IMG/VR virus record: IMGVR_UViG_3300025030_000060
Location: 32,555-96,554 of that record
Source: a virus
Length of the DNA stretch: 64,000 nucleotides
Reading direction: 5' to 3' (one strand)
Part shown: piece after piece, positions 45,560-55,032 of the stretch
How positions within the stretch are numbered: the first letter of the stretch is position 1
Layout of the letters: each line of letters starts with the position of its first letter
Made by a program: the position numbers and the translations under genes
Notes under the pieces: generated by a model
Seen by the model: the letters and a program-made list of their open reading frames with translations, nothing else
Databases searched by the model: none
What the model was told of the DNA's origin: nothing

Positions 45560-47170
45560 TTACGCGGCAGGGATGAGTTTCAGTTCCATGATGTAATCGC
45601 GTCCGTTGAACTGCTGGAGGTCGCGGTAGGACAACTCCCAGAGGGTGTTGTTGTACTTCAGATCACCCAGGACGCCGTGCTTGAAGGCAATGGCCGGGAT
45701 CGCATCGCCGCCGATGTAGGCCGCTTCGCAGATGTTGCGCCCCTTGGCGAAGCAGAGGCTGGAGTAGTCGGCCCGCTGCGGATCTTCATAGAGGTCCCAC
45801 ATGCCGAACAGTCGCCCGACGTAGTGCGGCTGCGGGATCTGCGCGTAGCCGGGGGCCGGATCGAAGTGCGGGGAACGCATCGACTTCATGATGGCGCAGG
45901 TCTTCAGGTCGGCCACGATGCCGACAAGGCCGGAGACGCCGTTCGCGTTCAGCAGGGTCGAGGAGATGGTGAGAAGCGTGGTTCTCAGGGTCTCGTAGTA
46001 GTCCTGCATGTTGACGCCGGTTTCCGGGATGGTGTAGGTCCAGCTTTCGGACCCCTTCATGTAGAAGTACAGGTCGTGCAGATGCTTGCGGTCCTTGTCG
46101 GCGGCGAGCAGGTTCTTCATGGCAAGGGTCGCCATGTTGTCCACGTTCACATTGAACTCCCGGCGCATGCCCCAGAGTGCCTGGAGGGTCGTGCTCGCGG
46201 TGATCGCCGACTCGTGCGGGTAGACGGTGTAGCTGTCCATCTCGTGGTTGATCGACGGGATGAGCTGCGGGGCCTTCTCGATGTCCACGTCGAAGGCGAC
46301 ATGCACGGGGATCAGGTTGGCCGGTGCGACGCTGAAGACCGGATGGATGACGCCGTTGACATAATCCACGGTGCCGGACACGACTACGGCGGTCTCGCCG
46401 ACCTTGAAGTTGCCGGTCAGGTAGCCGTTGCCGTCGTCCTGGCCCACGGGGTTCCCGTCGTGCAGGATGCGAACCCGCTTTTTCTTCATCGGGTAGGCAC
46501 CGCCGAACTTGTCGGTGGAAACGAAATCGAATTCGTCGGCGAGGCCCCTCTTGGCACCGTCGCCCGCGATGGTCAGGTGGCGCTGGTCCATGGAACTGTA
46601 CTGGCCTGTGTAGTCCCACTGGATGCGGTCGCCCTTGGTGAGGTCGCCGAAGGTGGACCCTGCCGTCTTCCAAACGCGGAAGATTTCGGACTGGTTGAAC
46701 TGGCCGGGGATGTAGCCGATCATGTTGGAGGTGATCGACTGGAGCATGGTCGGCAGCACCAGGGCAATCATGCGGTTACGCATGAGCGACTGGTTGGAAT
46801 CCTGCGTGTTCATGGTCGCCGCGCTTTCGAGGATCAGGCCAGAACGGGACGTGTGCGCGGGCGCTCCCAAGACGTTCTGGATGGCGGTGTAGGCCGATGC
46901 CAGCAGATCATCCCCCGGCATGCGGTTGCGCTGCCTGCAAAATGCGCGGACTGCGTTGGAGGCGGTCGCCAGCACCATGCCTGCATCCGGGCCGCACCCT
47001 TCAAAAATGGTGTGCGGAACCGCTGCGTTGAGAGCGTCCGTCCTTGCGGCCTTCTCCAGGATGAATTTGCCGGTGCTTTCGTCAATCACCGGTTTGATGA
47101 GCGCATCCTTCATGTGCTGCGCTTTCTCGGTGACATCCGTCACCAGAGCTTGGTACGCTTCGGTACTCAT
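45560..47170 (-). CDS. gp23: Major capsid protein (P1 gp23-like)
   Basis: N-terminal propeptide to LILES; DIEK.P.LIP.INH, GDAIPA, N.TLW motifs; strongly biased codons. Confidence 0.88.
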   Translation of the reverse strand: MSTEAYQALVTDVTEKAQHMKDALIKPVIDESTGKFILEKAARTDALNAAVPHTIFEGCGPDAGMVLATASNAVRAFCRQRNRMPGDDLLASAYTAIQNVLGAPAHTSRSGLILESAATMNTQDSNQSLMRNRMIALVLPTMLQSITSNMIGYIPGQFNQSEIFRVWKTAGSTFGDLTKGDRIQWDYTGQYSSMDQRHLTIAGDGAKRGLADEFDFVSTDKFGGAYPMKKKRVRILHDGNPVGQDDGNGYLTGNFKVGETAVVVSGTVDYVNGVIHPVFSVAPANLIPVHVAFDVDIEKAPQLIPSINHEMDSYTVYPHESAITASTTLQALWGMRREFNVNVDNMATLAMKNLLAADKDRKHLHDLYFYMKGSESWTYTIPETGVNMQDYYETLRTTLLTISSTLLNANGVSGLVGIVADLKTCAIMKSMRSPHFDPAPGYAQIPQPHYVGRLFGMWDLYEDPQRADYSSLCFAKGRNICEAAYIGGDAIPAIAFKHGVLGDLKYNNTLWELSYRDLQQFNGRDYIMELKLIPAA

Positions 47171-47230
47171 GGGGCTCTCCTTTTTCCTTGTATTAGTGTT
47201 GTCGCATCAAAGCAGTAGATATTGGCGACA

Positions 47231-47280
47231 ACAATACGGAGAAAGGAAAAGCTTAGAAAGGGTATATAAGGGTATTATTG
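47231..47280 (-). promoter_or_regulatory. Putative late promoter of the capsid/tail operon
   Basis: CAATAATACC-N6-TACCCTTTCTAA-N16-TATTGT. Confidence 0.65.
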
Positions 47281-47463
47281 AGGATTTGGGGATTGATCTA
47301 GGAGGGATGTGGCTTTCTTGCTGACTTCGATGTCATAGAGGCGTGCCAGTTCTTCGCGCTTTGCTGCGCTCATAGGTTTTGATTTCCTGCCATGAACGGG
47401 GTTTCCTGTGTTCTGCTCCAGGCTTCTTCTGTAGGCATCGCGCCCTATGCCTTTATCTTGCAT
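47275..47463 (-). CDS. Small hypothetical protein
   Basis: ORF with AGGGG RBS after the spike genes. Confidence 0.45.
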   Translation of the reverse strand: MQDKGIGRDAYRRSLEQNTGNPVHGRKSKPMSAAKREELARLYDIEVSKKATSLLDQSPNPQ

Positions 47464-47471
47464 GGCACCCC

Positions 47472-47699
47472 CTATTTCACCTTGCCCGTGATTATGCCCG
47501 CTCCAGCTCCACCGGTGTCATGCGTTAGAGATACCAGTTCGGAATGCCCGACGATCTCGGCAACGATGGCGATGGAGTCGGCGAGAAGCAGGGCCTCCCG
47601 GTAGGCGATGGTGTTGGCGGGGTCACTGCTTTGCGGGGAGGGTACCGCATCCATAGCGGCCTGCCTCAGTTGTGCCAGTCGGTTTGCGTCGAGGGCCAT
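47472..47699 (-). CDS. Small spike-associated protein
   Basis: Directly after gp5; Gly-rich C-terminus GGAGAGIITGKVK. Confidence 0.6.
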   Translation of the reverse strand: MALDANRLAQLRQAAMDAVPSPQSSDPANTIAYREALLLADSIAIVAEIVGHSELVSLTHDTGGAGAGIITGKVK

Positions 47700-47708
47700 G
47701 CCTTGCTC

Positions 47709-48446
47709 CTACAGGGTTGATTTGACGTTGCTCGATACCATGGGGTGTGGTTGCCCGCTCCAGCAGCAAAGGCAGTACCCGTTGACGTTGCCTTTGGGGT
47801 CGCCCGTGCCGCCATCGTGGTCTATCCCTTCCATGGCCGTGGTCGTCTGCGCCCCTGTGATCCTCACGTCTTCCAGCCCGCTTGCTGATCGGTACACGTC
47901 GCCCTCAACATGGAAAATCATGTCACCGTCCTTGGTGATGGTGAATTCCGTGCCAGTAGCCTTCTGAACGACGTTATAGGAGCCGTCCTTATTGACCGCT
48001 ATCATGACCCCATGAAGGGTCGTAACGGCGTCTTCGCCGTAGACATGCGCGGGCTGCGCGGGCTCATCGCCGGTCCTGGCATGAACGTATGCATCCGGCC
48101 CTGCAAACGTCTCGTGGGGCAAGCTCGGCACATTCTCCGGGGCATAGTGGACGCTGCCGGTTATCCGGGGGCGGCGTGAATCGCCCATGTAAGGGAAGTC
48201 GACCCAAACAAGGTCGCCTTTCTTCACCGGGACGAATGAGCCGTCATTGGGTCGTGCGCCGATAGGCAGCTTATATTCCGCCCAAGGGAGGTCTTTGACG
48301 GGGGTGTTGTCGAAGATACCGTAGACCCGAACTTGGACCAAAAGCAGCTTTTTCGGGTCGTCCTTCCCTTCGGTTTCCACGATGCCGACGCACTCCCGGT
48401 ATATTCGATCGTTACGCTTCCCGTGGTCTCTCATGTCCCCGCTCAT
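47709..48446 (-). CDS. gp5: Baseplate spike (P1 gp5-like, OB-fold)
   Basis: DP......QVRV.G, LPWAEY.LP, GDLVWV.FPY.GDSR.P; C-terminal CCWSGQPH metal-binding tip. Confidence 0.85.
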   Translation of the reverse strand: MSGDMRDHGKRNDRIYRECVGIVETEGKDDPKKLLLVQVRVYGIFDNTPVKDLPWAEYKLPIGARPNDGSFVPVKKGDLVWVDFPYMGDSRRPRITGSVHYAPENVPSLPHETFAGPDAYVHARTGDEPAQPAHVYGEDAVTTLHGVMIAVNKDGSYNVVQKATGTEFTITKDGDMIFHVEGDVYRSASGLEDVRITGAQTTTAMEGIDHDGGTGDPKGNVNGYCLCCWSGQPHPMVSSNVKSTL

Positions 48447-48449
48447 AGT

Positions 48450-49442
48450 TTAATTCCTTATGCCGGAGACTTGGCAGAAGTATGACTGCGGACTCCATGA
48501 GTGCGCTACCATCCCTATGACGACCTTGGCCGGAAGGCTTTCGTCAATTGGCATGTCGGCGCGTTCGGTGTTCCACTCCAGCCCGAGAGTAAGGCCGGGG
48601 AGTAGCGCCCCGTTGCCAGCCGTACTGAAGTCGATGACGGGTTTTGAGATCTCAGTGAGGTTGTCGATGCTCGCCTTGGATGCCGACGTAAACTCGGTCG
48701 GGGCCTTCGGGAAACGGCTGGACTTCTGGAACCCCTCAACCATGTCCCATCCAACGTAGTTACGCTCGGTCAAATCCTGTATGATGCCTTCGGTGTTCGG
48801 CCTGGAGTATACGATGACCTTGTTCTCCTTGCGCGAATCGTTGTGGCTGTATACCATCTCTGGCGCTGCGCTGTAAAGCTCTTTCAGTTTCCTGAACACG
48901 ATCTGGCCCCTTTGCCAGAAGCAGACCGCACCATGTTCCTGCGCCATCTGCCGGAGCATCTTTGAAGGGCGCATGGCAGGCAAAAGGTGATAATCGTTCG
49001 TGGCAGGGAATGATCCCACGTCGTATTTAAGTCCAGGGGCGAGTTTTTGAAGGACTGCCGACACTGATTTATGGCTGAAAACAATCGCTTCGCGGGCCGG
49101 GAGCTTCAGTTTGTAAACGCTTGCCTCTATGCAGTTGAAGGTGATCCACCGGTCGTTGATCGGCATGGTCAGGATGACAAAGCGGATTATCTTGTCCAGG
49201 CCATCACGCTGGAATCGGTCTGAAAGCACAACCTCAAGGACGTCTTTTGGTTTTACTCCCAGCTCGTCCCGGATGATTCGGTAATAATCATCTATGACAA
49301 ACATCAAGCGAGGCCCGGAAAGATCCGACGTTTCCACATAGGTGAGTTCCTTTAGGAACGATCTATCAAGGGGTTCAAACGGCTTATTGTCCCGGATAAT
49401 GGTAATTTTTTGGACCAATATGTCTTCTTGGTTTGCTGACAT
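48450..49442 (-). CDS. gp6: Baseplate hub protein (P1 gp6-like)
   Basis: YVE..DL.GP.L, YHL.....PSK.LRQ.A...GA.C...RG, DES.P motifs. Confidence 0.8.
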   Translation of the reverse strand: MSANQEDILVQKITIIRDNKPFEPLDRSFLKELTYVETSDLSGPRLMFVIDDYYRIIRDELGVKPKDVLEVVLSDRFQRDGLDKIIRFVILTMPINDRWITFNCIEASVYKLKLPAREAIVFSHKSVSAVLQKLAPGLKYDVGSFPATNDYHLLPAMRPSKMLRQMAQEHGAVCFWQRGQIVFRKLKELYSAAPEMVYSHNDSRKENKVIVYSRPNTEGIIQDLTERNYVGWDMVEGFQKSSRFPKAPTEFTSASKASIDNLTEISKPVIDFSTAGNGALLPGLTLGLEWNTERADMPIDESLPAKVVIGMVAHSWSPQSYFCQVSGIRN

Positions 49443-49443
49443 G

Positions 49444-51024
49444 TCACCCCCTGACTAGTCGTTTACCTTTGACTTGCTTGCCAGTGATCTTCTTGCGCGA
49501 TTTTGCAACCACACTCAGGGTCACCGCCTCACTCACTACAGGGGTAGTGTCGCCAGATAGAGGGGTGATCCTGAGTTTGACCTGATATGTACCACTGGAT
49601 AACGCTGAGAGGTCAAGCGTGTGACTACCGGGGGATTCCGTGCCAACCGTTGTGTAGTTGGCTCCGTTGTCCGTTGAGTATGCTAGAGTGTAGTCGCGGT
49701 CTAACGTATCAACTGTGGTATATTCCACTATACCATTAACTGCAAAAGGGGTGGAGGTAAAACCAGTAAACGTCACAGGGGTGAGTGCTAAGGCCACAAT
49801 TGATGTCTTCCACTCATAGTACTGAAAGGGTTCATCATGATTCGCGTCGTTGTAGCTACCGTAATCCCACAGTGTCCAAGAACTCAGCGAATGCACTTCA
49901 GTTGGTCTTGATGACCCTGAAAAAGGCCAGAATGATACCGCCTCAACCGACGATTGCCCCGCGACTTCAGACATCATTGTAGATATACAAGCAGCATCAG
50001 CAGCGCTGGGAGCCTCAGACCATAATTCCCTGTAAAGCCCAAATTCGTCAATTCGTATTTTGGTTCCCGTACGTCCGGCGTTTGCAAGTGACGCGTTTAT
50101 TGTGGCGACGCCGGATACCACACTGTAAGTGCCTCCCGAAAGGTATGAGTGGGGCAAAATGTGCCCATCATAAATATTGTCCTTACCTTGTGTATGTAGG
50201 TAATCAATGAGGGCAGCAGCATTAGTGTAGGAGTGCGCGGATGTTAGGTCAACTTTGATATTATTCTGCCTTTCAGCAGGTAATGCGCCTTTGACTGCAT
50301 TGTAAACGAGTTCCTGCAACCGAGCAGTTTCAGCAATATAAGTAGTGTTCCCAAAAGCATCACCTTCATTCATCGGATCAATATGAATGTGCGAATAGTT
50401 CTGATAACGGTCAGCCAAAAATGCGGCTAATGGGGCGTTGAAGTAGTCCCAAACTGTCCCGCCGTAGCAAACCTCGGCCTGCAATAGTAAAGCATTTGCC
50501 GCCCATAAGTGGTTGAGGCTCATACTACCATAATCTATGTTGTAACTACCCCAATACCATGAAATGTACGGGATAGTCAGTACCAACTTTTGCCCGTAAT
50601 GCGCCGTGCGCTCAACAACTCGGTCCAGCACACTCCAATCGTAACTTTCGTCGGGTACAATCGGCCCTGTGTATGCTGTGCCATTACTAGGGGCGGACGT
50701 TATGAGCCGCATGAATTGGCCGGGAACCGCCCACTCACGAATCCATTTAATACCTAGTTCCGCGAATTTGCCATATGCCCAGTCAGTGTATCCGTTACCT
50801 AGTAACCACGGATACTGACGGCCCCATGTTGTCGCTAAAAGCCCTGCGTAACTATCGGGCTCATCGTCGTCATTGGTATAAGGAACTCCAGTTGCATATG
50901 ATTGCCCATACTGGTTTAAAAGAAATGTACCGTAACTGGTTGCATCCTCCATGCTTTCAGCATCGTTCTGACACATTTCCCCATAAGCGCGCGATCGTAA
51001 AAAATTTATTCCGAAATCCGCCAT
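49444..51024 (-). CDS. Clan GH-A glycoside hydrolase (TIM barrel plus Ig-like domain), possible virion depolymerase
   Basis: LG.KW.R, YDW..LD.VV, NE acid/base, HSY, EFG nucleophile motifs; low GC. Confidence 0.7.
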   Translation of the reverse strand: MADFGINFLRSRAYGEMCQNDAESMEDATSYGTFLLNQYGQSYATGVPYTNDDDEPDSYAGLLATTWGRQYPWLLGNGYTDWAYGKFAELGIKWIREWAVPGQFMRLITSAPSNGTAYTGPIVPDESYDWSVLDRVVERTAHYGQKLVLTIPYISWYWGSYNIDYGSMSLNHLWAANALLLQAEVCYGGTVWDYFNAPLAAFLADRYQNYSHIHIDPMNEGDAFGNTTYIAETARLQELVYNAVKGALPAERQNNIKVDLTSAHSYTNAAALIDYLHTQGKDNIYDGHILPHSYLSGGTYSVVSGVATINASLANAGRTGTKIRIDEFGLYRELWSEAPSAADAACISTMMSEVAGQSSVEAVSFWPFSGSSRPTEVHSLSSWTLWDYGSYNDANHDEPFQYYEWKTSIVALALTPVTFTGFTSTPFAVNGIVEYTTVDTLDRDYTLAYSTDNGANYTTVGTESPGSHTLDLSALSSGTYQVKLRITPLSGDTTPVVSEAVTLSVVAKSRKKITGKQVKGKRLVRG

Positions 51025-51956
51025 TACAGGTCACCCGCAGAAAAGTTATCAATACTGCCTGTATTCTCCAGTATAATCCCAGGCGAACCTGAGGTAATTG
51101 TTGAATCAGTTATTGATATAACGGAGTTAGCCCAACTGGTGCCATCATAGGTGTCGATAGTGATAGACGAACCAACAATATTTGCGCGGATTTGCGTGAT
51201 ACCTAAGAAGTACCCCCCCTCACCATCATCACCGGTAACATCAGTGGTAGCCAGAGTGCTGGCTGTACCCGCGACTATTTTGTTCAATAGCAGCATCCAT
51301 GTATCATTACCTGCAAAATATGCGTAGCATTGGTACCTTGTGAATAACGTGTCGCTGCCCCGAAGAATTACGCCCGAGGGTAGAGATACTAAATCTACCT
51401 GAACAGACTGGTTTGGTGCAAATGTTTCGTTATAAACAGCAGCGTAAACCCCCGTGCCTTGACCAGCGGCTACATTGGTGGATATCAGTGGTGCAGCCGA
51501 AGGCGAAGCAGTCAGCCAATTACTACCAAGAGCGCCATCCGCTCGGTTAAAGCTGTCTGTTACGGAAACAGGTACACTAGGAACCGCGTTAGCACTTGCA
51601 CTCAAGGCACTCTCTCCAATTGCGTTAACAGCCGTAACACAAAAGTAGTATGTCGTACCATCTGTCAGCCCTGTTATGGCCGTACCTGATGTTGTACCTG
51701 TGATTTTGGTCGCGCCGTCCGACCCGTCTTTGGCTGTCGGAGCAGACCCCGCCATCCAATACACGTTATACGAGGTAGCCCCTGATACCGCACTCCATGA
51801 CGGCGTTATGCTGCCGGATGCGGTTGCAAGGGTCGGCGCAGAGGGGGCGGCGGGAACGGAAGCAACAGCCTTCATGGCCGCCATGAACAGCAACTGAGGC
51901 GACGCCCACGCAGGGGAAACTATAAGCAGGGATAGAACCAGTAATCGCCATATCAT
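51024..51956 (-). CDS. Secreted fibronectin type III plus lectin-like protein
   Basis: Signal peptide ending AWA; WS.V.GA.SYNVY...GL..GT.YYF.VTAVN..GES FN3 motif; DSFNRADG.LG..W and IDNF beta-sandwich. Confidence 0.75.
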   Translation of the reverse strand: MIWRLLVLSLLIVSPAWASPQLLFMAAMKAVASVPAAPSAPTLATASGSITPSWSAVSGATSYNVYWMAGSAPTAKDGSDGATKITGTTSGTAITGLTDGTTYYFCVTAVNAIGESALSASANAVPSVPVSVTDSFNRADGALGSNWLTASPSAAPLISTNVAAGQGTGVYAAVYNETFAPNQSVQVDLVSLPSGVILRGSDTLFTRYQCYAYFAGNDTWMLLLNKIVAGTASTLATTDVTGDDGEGGYFLGITQIRANIVGSSITIDTYDGTSWANSVISITDSTITSGSPGIILENTGSIDNFSAGDL

Positions 51957-54900
51957 CAGTAATTCTCCTTGATCGCCGCACAATCAGCGGTGTTGGCCCC
52001 AGTCCCCTTGCATGCGAACCACGACTTAGTTGTAAGCGTAGCGGGCGTTCCCGTCACCCATGTTGGAGTCAGCGTGGTGATCGTCACGGTTCCAGTCCCA
52101 GTCAAGCTGAAATCGAAATACCTCCCGGCCACTACGTTGGTGATGGTGATGGAGTTGGAAGCGACAGAAGCACCTGCATAAGCGGTAGTATCAAATGTGG
52201 CCGATGTCGTTTGAGGGAAAACCCCGCCGCTGATCGTGGGATTAGTGCCAAAGACTGCGGCACCCGTGCCCGTCTCATCAGTCAACGCAGCGGCGAGATT
52301 GGCACTGGAAGGCGTTGCAAGCGCAGTCGCCACTCCTGTGCCCATCCCGCTGATGCCTGTCGCTACGGGAAGCCCTGTGGCATTGGTGAGCGTGGCACTG
52401 GTGGGCGTGCCAAGAACCGGTGTTGTCAGGGTGATTCCTGCGAGCGTAAGCCCTGCCGATGCTCGTGTCATGTCTACAGCGGTAGTTCCGATGTAGACAG
52501 AGGGGAGACGCGCAGCAGCTATGGTACCGGTCGCTATGTTGGTGGCACTGGTTGTGTCTGTGGTCGCCGACGTGGCCAACCCCGACACTCTCACCGCAGG
52601 AACCGTGCCTGTCGCTATGGTTCCCAGAGTGGTGATTGCCGTCGAGCCCGCCCATGTGGAAAGCGCGGTGTTCTCGACGCTGTTAAGCCCAAGGCTGCTT
52701 TTAAATGCGGCATAGTCCGTTGCCCCGAGCAGAGCTTGGACGTTCACACTTGGGGTGATCCCAGCAAACGTGGTCAAGTCGGCGTCGTAGGCTTGGACCG
52801 TAGACCCGAGAGTAAGCCCGTCCAATTTGGTTTTATCGGCTGCGCTCATACTGCCATCCGCGATGGTTGTCGCAGCGGATATGCTGATAGCTGGAGCTGT
52901 GCCGCCTGATGACACAATGGGCGCGGTGCCCGTTACAGCGGTAACAGTCCCCCCTCCTGCCCCTGGCGCGGAGATGATACCATTGCTGATGGTGACACTG
53001 GTTCCGTCGACCTTCACGCCGCCGAGTACCGTAGTCGATGCCGTGGGGAGCGTGTATTCAGTCCCTGCTGGAGTCCAACAGCCCTCTACCGCCCCGTACT
53101 GGTCCACCCCTAATGGTGATTGCCCTGCGGGACAGTTGGACCCGTTCGCGTAAAGGGCGGTCGCCGTGGGTGCATTGTCGGTTGTGACCGCCAGTGTCCC
53201 GGAGGAGGGAAAGACTACGCTGGACATGTCGGCACCGGCCCCGCCTCGGCTTTTCGCCAAGGTGCCTGTCCACCCAATGGTATGCGTACTCGTGTCGGAT
53301 GATACCGTCACATTGGTATCATTGGCGAAGGTTTGGGTAGTAGCTATCAAGCCCCCGAGAGAGGTAATCCCGCTGCCGCCTGCGCCGGTTTGGTCTCCGG
53401 TACAGGTAAACGCCCCCGTGGTTTCGTTGTAGGAGCTGATCTTGTCGGTCCCCGAACAGGTGATGGACGCGGCAAGCGCAGCCCCCGCCGTGGCATCGTT
53501 TTCCAGGTAAAATTGGTTCGGAGTTGTACCGCTGGTAGGCTTTACGTTGGTGGCAATCCACTCTGGCATGTCGATTTTGTTCTTGAATACCACTTCCCCG
53601 CCCGACGTGGACATGTTGTAAAATGTTGGTTTGCCCGTCGTATAGTTTCTGAAGGTGGTGTCAGATACCCCGCCCGACTGAGCTACCCACGAGCGAGATC
53701 CGGCGCTGGTCGATGACAGAACATACCCATCCGCGCCGGGGTTCCCAAGGGCGGCTTCCCGCGCCGTTGCGTCTACAGCGTTGATGGTTATGTTGGCGGA
53801 ACCGTTAAACCCGACGCCGTTGATGGTGCGGGAAGTGGTGAGCGTAGCCGCACTACCGGTAGTGTTCTGGTTCAACGTCGGCACGTCTGCCGTTACCAGT
53901 GAGCGGAAAAGCGGAGCCCCCGCCGATCCGTTCGGCGCGGCAAGGAAGTAGTTCGCCACCTGTGAACCATACGGGGCAATGTAATCCGTACCGGCAGCCG
54001 CAGCGGATACCGTGCCGCTCCCGTTGGCCTTCATGACCCCCGAGACAGTGCCCGCTCCCCCACGGGCCGCCGCGAGAGTGCCTGTGGTCAAGTTAGTCGC
54101 ATTGGTTGTGTCCGTCGTCGCCGAAGTAGCGAGCCCCAGCGACGAGCGGAACGCGGCATAGTCCGTCGCCCCGAGCAACGCCTGGACGTTCGCGCTTGGT
54201 GTGATCCCCGCGTAGGTCGTCAAGTCGGCATCGTAGGCTTGAACCGTGGTGCCTATGGTGAGCCCCAGCAACGATTTGAATGTGGCATAGTCGGCGGCCC
54301 CCAGCAACGATGTCACATTGACCGATGGCGACAGTGCCGCCGCTGTTCCAAGGCTTGACGTGCTGGCCTTGAGGTTTAGAGCTGCCTGAGTCGCAGTGGA
54401 TACCGGCTTGTTGGCGTCGCTGGTATTATCCACGCTCCCAAGGCCGAGGGATGTCTTTGTGACCGCCGCCGCCGCGCCCGCAACGTCATAGGCCGTTGAT
54501 GCGGTGAATGCCGCCGTACCTAGGCCGGAGGTCGCAGCCTTAGCGTCAAGGGCGGCCTGTAGCCCCGTAACCGTAGATATGGCCTGCGCCCCGGTATGGT
54601 TGGTTCGACTGAAGGCGTCTGCCGCAATGCTTTGAGGGTCGTATGTAACCGCAACCATGTCGCCGCTGCCCGCCCCTGACAGCCCCGTGTTACCTCTCGG
54701 AATGGTGAAATCCAGAACCGCATCGCTGGATGTCCCGGAGTTCGTCACGATTACATCCGTCCCAGCCGCCCCCGTTGTTACAGTCCCCACAGCCACGGTC
54801 GCTGCTGTCGCAGATGACATCTGACCCTGGACATACTGCCTGATCTGGTCCATGCTGGCAGTGTACGCCACGCCCTTCCCGTCGGCCAGACCGCTCGAAG

Positions 54901-55027
54901 GCCGCCCCAAGGGCACCTTATCGGTGGACAACACAGTTCCCGGCACGAGCGGAGTGTGCGAGATGTCGGCAGCAATCAGCGCCGTGGGTATCAGCAACAG
55001 CGCAAGCCAAAAATATACCTTGTTCAT
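51956..55027 (-). CDS. Mosaic fibre protein with signal peptide
   Basis: GLGSVDNTSD.NKPVS, VQAYDADL (x2), YTLP.AS...LGGVKV, LDFTIPRG fibre repeats; start MNKVYFWLALLLIPTALIA. Confidence 0.8.
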   Translation of the reverse strand: MNKVYFWLALLLIPTALIAADISHTPLVPGTVLSTDKVPLGRPSSGLADGKGVAYTASMDQIRQYVQGQMSSATAATVAVGTVTTGAAGTDVIVTNSGTSSDAVLDFTIPRGNTGLSGAGSGDMVAVTYDPQSIAADAFSRTNHTGAQAISTVTGLQAALDAKAATSGLGTAAFTASTAYDVAGAAAAVTKTSLGLGSVDNTSDANKPVSTATQAALNLKASTSSLGTAAALSPSVNVTSLLGAADYATFKSLLGLTIGTTVQAYDADLTTYAGITPSANVQALLGATDYAAFRSSLGLATSATTDTTNATNLTTGTLAAARGGAGTVSGVMKANGSGTVSAAAAGTDYIAPYGSQVANYFLAAPNGSAGAPLFRSLVTADVPTLNQNTTGSAATLTTSRTINGVGFNGSANITINAVDATAREAALGNPGADGYVLSSTSAGSRSWVAQSGGVSDTTFRNYTTGKPTFYNMSTSGGEVVFKNKIDMPEWIATNVKPTSGTTPNQFYLENDATAGAALAASITCSGTDKISSYNETTGAFTCTGDQTGAGGSGITSLGGLIATTQTFANDTNVTVSSDTSTHTIGWTGTLAKSRGGAGADMSSVVFPSSGTLAVTTDNAPTATALYANGSNCPAGQSPLGVDQYGAVEGCWTPAGTEYTLPTASTTVLGGVKVDGTSVTISNGIISAPGAGGGTVTAVTGTAPIVSSGGTAPAISISAATTIADGSMSAADKTKLDGLTLGSTVQAYDADLTTFAGITPSVNVQALLGATDYAAFKSSLGLNSVENTALSTWAGSTAITTLGTIATGTVPAVRVSGLATSATTDTTSATNIATGTIAAARLPSVYIGTTAVDMTRASAGLTLAGITLTTPVLGTPTSATLTNATGLPVATGISGMGTGVATALATPSSANLAAALTDETGTGAAVFGTNPTISGGVFPQTTSATFDTTAYAGASVASNSITITNVVAGRYFDFSLTGTGTVTITTLTPTWVTGTPATLTTKSWFACKGTGANTADCAAIKENY

Positions 55028-55032
55028 CCGTT

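Noticed and set aside
52680-54260. Direct repeat of about 120 bp as a DGR template/variable repeat
   Set aside because: Both copies are in-frame internal fibre repeats (VQAYDADL...), neither is at a gene 3' end, and no reverse transcriptase is present in the window.
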